Source: an uncultured Candidatus Rokubacteria bacterium
GTDB lineage: Bacteria; Methylomirabilota; Methylomirabilia; Rokubacteriales; DASRDR01
Length of the DNA: 64,000 nt
Reading direction: 5' to 3'
Assembly: GCA_963805625.1 (NCBI GenBank)
Contig: CAWDVE010000016.1
Coordinates: 448,001-512,000, forward strand
Shown: in pieces, positions 58,891 through 64,000 of the stretch
How the letters are laid out: every line of letters starts with the position of its first letter
How positions within the stretch are numbered: the first letter of the stretch is position 1
Made by a program: the position numbers and the translations under genes
The notes under the pieces: model-generated
Seen by the model: the letters and a program-made list of their open reading frames with translations, nothing else
Told to the model about the DNA's origin: nothing
The model's database searches: none

Positions 58891-59747
58891 GGGGCAGGCT
58901 CCGGCGCTGGCGGCACGGCCTCCTCCTCGGCGTGGCGGCCCTGTACAGCCTCTTCCCCATCTACTTCATCACGGTGCAGTCGCTGAAGACGCCAGAGGAG
59001 GACGTTTTCGGCAACCCCCTGTACGTGACCGCCCCCACCTTCGAGAACTACACGGACCTGTTCGAAGAGGGCGAGGCGCGGGTCCGCGGCTACGTGATCG
59101 TGCCGCGGGTACCGTTCCTCATCTGGCTGCTGAACTCCGCCCTCGTGCTGACGGGAGCGGTGTCGGTGACCCTCGTGGTGGGCGTCCTCGCCGCCTACGC
59201 CCTCGGGCGGCTGCAGCCGCCGGGTTGGAGATGGTGGCGCCGCGCGTTGTTCACGACGTACGTGATCCCCCAGACGATCCTCTTCATCCCCCTGTATCAG
59301 GTCATCATCCGGCTCGGGCTCGACGACAACCACCTGGCCCTGATCCTGATCTACTCGACCATGGCCCTGCCGTTCTGCGTCTGGATCCTGTCCGCCTACT
59401 ACCGGAACCTGCCGCGCGAGATCGAGGACTCGGCGCTGGTAGAAGGCGCCACGCCAGCCACCGCCTTCCTGCGCATCATGCTGCCGATGAGCCGGAACGT
59501 ACTGGTCGCCGCCTTCCTCTTCACGTTGGGGACGGTGGGCAACGACTTCATGCTCGCCTCCATCTTCCTTTTGGAGCCCGACAAGCAGACGGTGGCGGCT
59601 GGCCTCGGGGTGATGGACGTGAGCCTTGAGGAACTTCTTGCCGTGGCAGGGGTGAACCTAGCTGCCATCCCCGTGGTGGTCGTCTGCGCGGCCCTCGCGC
59701 GAGGCTACGTGCGAGGCCTCACCGCCGCTATGGTGGAGGGAGCGTAG
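58887..59747 (+). CDS. Carbohydrate ABC permease (MalG-like)
   Basis: PTFENY, LPREIEDSALVEGA, VRGLTA; GTGA overlap. Confidence 0.87.
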   Translation: MRGRLRRWRHGLLLGVAALYSLFPIYFITVQSLKTPEEDVFGNPLYVTAPTFENYTDLFEEGEARVRGYVIVPRVPFLIWLLNSALVLTGAVSVTLVVGVLAAYALGRLQPPGWRWWRRALFTTYVIPQTILFIPLYQVIIRLGLDDNHLALILIYSTMALPFCVWILSAYYRNLPREIEDSALVEGATPATAFLRIMLPMSRNVLVAAFLFTLGTVGNDFMLASIFLLEPDKQTVAAGLGVMDVSLEELLAVAGVNLAAIPVVVVCAALARGYVRGLTAAMVEGA

Positions 59748-59755
59748 CGTCTCGC

Positions 59756-60814
59756 CTACATGTCACCCGGCGTCAAGCGGACGATACGGTGGAGCGACGA
59801 TTCCGCGACGTAGAGACGGCCCTCTTCGTCAAGGGCGATGCCCTCGGGATCCGCGAGGTTGCTGGCCACCGTCGCGACCACCCCTTGCGCCGAGACCCGG
59901 AAGATGCGCGCCACATGAAAGCCGCCGCTGACGAAGATATCACCGTCGGGGGCGGCAACCATGTTGATCCGGTTGTACATCCCCTGGCCGCGGGGTAGGT
60001 GCGCGAGAGAAGCGAGACTTCCGTCGGCGTTGAGGCGCAGCACTTCGCCCGCGGAGCTCAGAAAGGTCAGTTCCCCCGCGTGCGAGGCCGCGACCGCGAT
60101 GAGGCGGGGCAGGAGCCCGCCCCCTTTCTTGCCGCCCCAGGCGCGCGGAAACAGCGGAGGGAGCCGATCGAGGCGCCGGGGCAGGGGGATGTTGGGATCG
60201 AGGGCTATACGAAGGACGAGGGGGCCGCGGTAATCCTCATCCCTAAGCGGCTCGAATTCGGGTGGCGCCCGCTCCTCGCCCGGCGCCGTGACCGGGTCGA
60301 CGTTGTCCACGACGACCAGGCGGCCCGCCGAGTCGAACGCCAGCGTGCTACCGCCGGCGAGCCTGTGAAGCCCCCGAGCGTAGAGGGTCAGCCGCTCTGC
60401 GGAGGACAGGCGATAGATGCGAGTGCCGTTCTCCTCGCCGAGGAACAGCTGACCCGTCGCGGGATCGAGGGTGAGGCTCCCGAGCGTTGCCATCCGAGCA
60501 TCGGCGAAGGGAATCCGCACGCGCGGCTCCCGGGTTAGATCCGCGGGCCGGTCGCCGCTGAGGTCGACTCGATAGATCTCCCCCGCGGAGTCGCCCCGCC
60601 AGCCGGGACTCAGGATGACGAGGGCGCGGCCATCCATGGCGAGCTGGAGCGGTCGCGGCACGCCGGTGGCGACCACCTCCGGGCTGGTCGTGGACCGCGC
60701 CCTGGGAGATGTCGCGGCGAACCCCAGGAGAAGCGTCGCCGCGAACGCCGCCGCAACCCGCCGCGTGGCCGCCCCCTGCTCGCCCGCCCCGTTAGATCGA
60801 CTAGTCGTCCGCAC
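59756..60814 (-). CDS. Secreted beta-propeller protein (SMP-30/NHL-like)
   Basis: Hydrophobic N-terminus, LAFDSAGRLVV, DPEGIALDEEGRLYVAE; exact start uncertain. Confidence 0.6.
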   Translation of the reverse strand: MRTTSRSNGAGEQGAATRRVAAAFAATLLLGFAATSPRARSTTSPEVVATGVPRPLQLAMDGRALVILSPGWRGDSAGEIYRVDLSGDRPADLTREPRVRIPFADARMATLGSLTLDPATGQLFLGEENGTRIYRLSSAERLTLYARGLHRLAGGSTLAFDSAGRLVVVDNVDPVTAPGEERAPPEFEPLRDEDYRGPLVLRIALDPNIPLPRRLDRLPPLFPRAWGGKKGGGLLPRLIAVAASHAGELTFLSSAGEVLRLNADGSLASLAHLPRGQGMYNRINMVAAPDGDIFVSGGFHVARIFRVSAQGVVATVASNLADPEGIALDEEGRLYVAESSLHRIVRLTPGDM

Positions 60815-61259
60815 CGGCCTTTTGCGTCGTGGCGCCGCCCGGCGTGCTGATCAGCAGGAGGAGATACTTCACCGGGGTCTGGCCGTTGTTCATGTAGTTG
60901 TGCCAGACTCCGACGGGATCCGTGTACGACTGGCCCGCGGCGTGGTACTGGATGCCGGCGACGCCTGTCGGTCCGCCATCGGTGTCCGTTGTGAGTACCC
61001 CATCGAGAACGTAGACATACGATGGGACCAGGTGCCGCTGCCGTCCGGTCTGCCCGCCGGGCTCCAACTCTACGATCTGACCGGTCAGGATGATCGGGAT
61101 GTTGGCCGTGCCTCGGAAGCCCCCCAGCGAGGTCACGAGGTTCGTCGCCTTCACGCCTTTCGGCTGGGCCGGTGCTTCCTGCGCCTGGGCCGACGCTGAT
61201 GTCGATCCGATGGCCAGGAGAAGGGCGAAGAGGACGATCACTACGCTTCTGCGTCCCAT
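60801..61259 (-). CDS. Exported cupin-domain protein
   Basis: Signal peptide, LEPGG..RH, YVLDG, WHNYMN; ATG 61259 after GGAGG. Confidence 0.8.
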   Translation of the reverse strand: MGRRSVVIVLFALLLAIGSTSASAQAQEAPAQPKGVKATNLVTSLGGFRGTANIPIILTGQIVELEPGGQTGRQRHLVPSYVYVLDGVLTTDTDGGPTGVAGIQYHAAGQSYTDPVGVWHNYMNNGQTPVKYLLLLISTPGGATTQKAGADD

Positions 61260-61296
61260 GGCTGCACCTCCCTGTTCCGCACGTTGTTCGCAGCGT

Positions 61297-62169
61297 TCAC
61301 TTGATCGCCGCTCCGGTAATGCCAGAGATGAACTTGTCGAGAAAGAGGTTGTACACAATGGCCACCGGCACGCCCACGAGCAGTGCACCGGCCATCAGCG
61401 AGCCCCAAAAGAACACATCGCCGCGAATCAACTCTGTCGCTACCCCCAGGGGAACGGGCTTCTGCTCGGAGATCGAGACAAAGGCCAGGGAGTACAGGAA
61501 GTCCTGCATCGAGAGCGTGAAGGAGAAGATCACCGCGGTGGTCAGACCGGGCCAGCTGACGGGCAGCACGACGCGCCACAGCGCACCGAATTGCCCACAG
61601 CCGTCCACCATCGCGGCTTCCTCGATCTCGAATGGAACGGTCTTGAAGAAGCCCATGAGGAGCCACGTGCAGAAGGGGATGGTGAACGTCGGATAGACCA
61701 CGACCAGCGCCCACCACTTGTCCTGGAGGTCCAGCGTGCCCACCACGCGCGCGAGAGGGATGAACAGGATGATGGCGGGAACGAGATACGTTAGGAAGAT
61801 GGCGATGCCCAGGTTCTCGGCGAACCGCAGCCGGAGGCGAGCCAGAGCGTAACCGGCAGGCACGGCGGTGAGGAGCGTAATCGCCGACACCCAGAAGGAG
61901 ATCGACATCGTGTTGATGATCCAGTCCACGTAGGACGTCCGCCGGAAGAGGAACTCGAAGTGCTTCCAGGTCGGCGGCAAATGGAACCAGAACGGCACGA
62001 CGTCCATGCGATACAGGTCGGACTCCTCCTTGAGGGCGGTCACCGCCATCCAGAAGATCGGGAAGACGGCGAGGATCAGGAACGGTGCAAGTCCGAGATA
62101 GATCAGCGTGTGGCGCTGGACCTCCTTGGACCGGTGGTTCCGTGGAACGGCGACTCCGGTGCTCCTCAT
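61297..62169 (-). CDS. Carbohydrate ABC permease (MalG-like)
   Basis: PFEIEEAAMVDGC, FWGSLMAG. Confidence 0.92.
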   Translation of the reverse strand: MRSTGVAVPRNHRSKEVQRHTLIYLGLAPFLILAVFPIFWMAVTALKEESDLYRMDVVPFWFHLPPTWKHFEFLFRRTSYVDWIINTMSISFWVSAITLLTAVPAGYALARLRLRFAENLGIAIFLTYLVPAIILFIPLARVVGTLDLQDKWWALVVVYPTFTIPFCTWLLMGFFKTVPFEIEEAAMVDGCGQFGALWRVVLPVSWPGLTTAVIFSFTLSMQDFLYSLAFVSISEQKPVPLGVATELIRGDVFFWGSLMAGALLVGVPVAIVYNLFLDKFISGITGAAIK

Positions 62170-63152
62170 CAATGCTGGGTCCGGCGCAGCGTGCGCAGGA
62201 GGACAATCATGGCGGGCAGGAGCATGGGAAAGAGAAAGAGTGAAACAGCAGCGCCGCGTCCGAGGGCGCCCGCCCTGATGCCCATGTTGTAGGCGAGCGT
62301 GGGCAGAATCTCCGTCGCTCCGTCGGGTCCACCGTTCGTCAGGAGGTAGACGATGCTCAGGTCCGAGAGTGTGAAGACCGTGTCGAAGGCGCTGCCGATG
62401 AAGAGGATCGGCGCGATCATCGGCACGATGACCATCCGGAAGCGCTGCATGAATGTAGCCCCATCGACCTTGGCGGCGTCGATGACCTCGGGGGGGACCG
62501 AGGTGAGGCCGGCGAGGAGGACGATCGCGCTGAATGGAAAGCCGCGCCAGACGTTGACGAACATGACGGACAGGAGAGCCAGGCCAGGCTCGCCGAGCCA
62601 CACCGGCCACCCCGGACTGCCGTAGTCCCCGATCAGGTGGAGCCCACTCAGGGCCCAGTTGATCACGCTGAACTGCGAGTCGAACATCCATTTCCATCCC
62701 AGCACGCTGACGGCGATGGGGAGGGTGAAGGGGATGACGACCACGGCCCGGACTAGCTTCCGCCCTCTGAACGGCTGCAGGAGGAGGAACGCCAGGGTGG
62801 TCCCAAGAAAACCCTTGAGGATTCCCGCGCCGATCGTGAAGACGAGCGTGTTCCGGAGCGCCACGTAGAAGGTCGGGCTTTCGAGGGCCGATCGGAAGTT
62901 CTCGAGCCCGACGAACGCGGCCACGGGGTCGCCGACGGTTGCGTTGCTCATGGCGAGATAGAGTGAGAAGAGAAACGGGGCGCCGACCAGGAGACCGACG
63001 TATAGAATCGCTGGCGCCAAAAGGGTGTAGCCAAAGAGGTAGCGGCGGGCGGTCGGAGTGCGCCGCCACGGCATCACTCCGACGCGCCCGCGGATCGTGA
63101 CCGCGAGCGGTGTGCCCGAATGAGGAGTCCCGCCCGCGGCCACCTTCGTCAC
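62169..63152 (-). CDS. Carbohydrate ABC permease (MalF-like)
   Basis: FVGLENF, VIDAAKVDGA, TNGGP; start may be slightly downstream. Confidence 0.92.
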   Translation of the reverse strand: MTKVAAGGTPHSGTPLAVTIRGRVGVMPWRRTPTARRYLFGYTLLAPAILYVGLLVGAPFLFSLYLAMSNATVGDPVAAFVGLENFRSALESPTFYVALRNTLVFTIGAGILKGFLGTTLAFLLLQPFRGRKLVRAVVVIPFTLPIAVSVLGWKWMFDSQFSVINWALSGLHLIGDYGSPGWPVWLGEPGLALLSVMFVNVWRGFPFSAIVLLAGLTSVPPEVIDAAKVDGATFMQRFRMVIVPMIAPILFIGSAFDTVFTLSDLSIVYLLTNGGPDGATEILPTLAYNMGIRAGALGRGAAVSLFLFPMLLPAMIVLLRTLRRTQH

Positions 63153-63156
63153 GCCG

Positions 63157-64000
63157 CTAGGCAGCCTTGTACTTGGCGTAGATGCGCCGGATCTCCCCGA
63201 GGCCGAACTTCATGGCATCCTCGATCCCTGCCCCGCGAGCCACGCGCGTGAACATGTCGGGGACGACGAAGGTGGTGACGACCTCCTGGGCGGCGGGCGT
63301 CATGGGCCCGGGGTGGCCGAAGAAGGCCGTGATCTTCTCCTGATCCTGCAGGGCCGAGAGCTTGGAGTCGGTGCCCAGATACGGCATCGGCTTCTTGTAC
63401 TGGTCGCGTAGGAACGGCATGTTATAGCCCCGGCTCGCCTGCATCGCTTCCTTCTGGTTGTCCGAGATGTGCAGGATAAATTCCTTGGCAGCGGGGATGT
63501 TCTTCGAGAACTTCCAGATCGCCCAGACGTTCGGCTCGCCGACGTTCCACATGAGCCCGCTCGGGCCCGCCACCTCGGGGATGCAGAAGGTTTCCTGGAA
63601 CACCTTGGGGTTCGTGTCGCGGGTCGAGTGGAACGCGGAGATCGCGTCGTGGATCCAGGAGGCGACCCCCGAGGCGAGGAAGCGGTTATCGGAGGCGTCG
63701 TCCCAAGAGAAGACCTCGGGGGTCATGCCCTCGTCGTACATGGCTTTGGCGAACCGGAGGGCCTCCCGCATCTCCTTGGAATCGATCTCTATGTTCTGGC
63801 CGGAGGCGTCGGTCTCCTTGACCCCGAAGGAATACATCAGGGCGCGCCAGTTGTGGTTGGCGTCGTTGCAGTGCGAGAACTGCATGCCCGTGGGATGACC
63901 TTTCGGCTTGAGGACCTTCGCGGCCTGCCGGAGGTCCTCCCAGGTCTTGGGTTCGCCGAGGCCGACCGAAGCGAACAGGTCCTTCCGCCAGAGCACCGGG
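63157..64000 (-). CDS. Carbohydrate ABC substrate-binding protein (5' end outside window)
   Basis: WRKDLF, PKTWEDL, SWDDASDNRF; lies upstream of the permease pair. Confidence 0.88.
   Translation of the reverse strand, partial: PVLWRKDLFASVGLGEPKTWEDLRQAAKVLKPKGHPTGMQFSHCNDANHNWRALMYSFGVKETDASGQNIEIDSKEMREALRFAKAMYDEGMTPEVFSWDDASDNRFLASGVASWIHDAISAFHSTRDTNPKVFQETFCIPEVAGPSGLMWNVGEPNVWAIWKFSKNIPAAKEFILHISDNQKEAMQASRGYNMPFLRDQYKKPMPYLGTDSKLSALQDQEKITAFFGHPGPMTPAAQEVVTTFVVPDMFTRVARGAGIEDAMKFGLGEIRRIYAKYKAA

Overview
Very GC-rich bacterial chromosomal window from a diderm (OmpA, LapA, Spy-like and cytochrome c genes). The ABC-transporter-rich content is reminiscent of Ca. Rokubacteria/Methylomirabilota, which is inference only. 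No rRNA, tRNA, CRISPR array, integrase or transposase was recognised. Left to right: mgtE-lapA-OmpA-DHH-apgM; acs; an MFS transporter; a sigma54-driven tandem pair of ATPase-less MshEN/coiled-coil proteins (best candidate for an undescribed system); a divergent pentose-phosphate cluster (rpiA-gnd-fbp / pgi-zwf-glk); peptide- and sugar-type ABC catabolic operons, two permeases of which appear to start at ACG behind an identical 16-nt motif; a LamG domain split by a 7-repeat beta-propeller; a GH19 hydrolase with a polycationic tail; a shattered, partly inverted C1-peptidase/hydrolase gene; a Liv-type ABC operon with PhyH, ICL/PEP-mutase, SixA and ThrC-like genes; a FabH-like enzyme with a large unknown N-terminal region; tenA-ubiX; and more sugar ABC genes. 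At least seven deletion-collapsed gene relics are scattered through the window. Product calls come from motif recognition by eye, not database searches.
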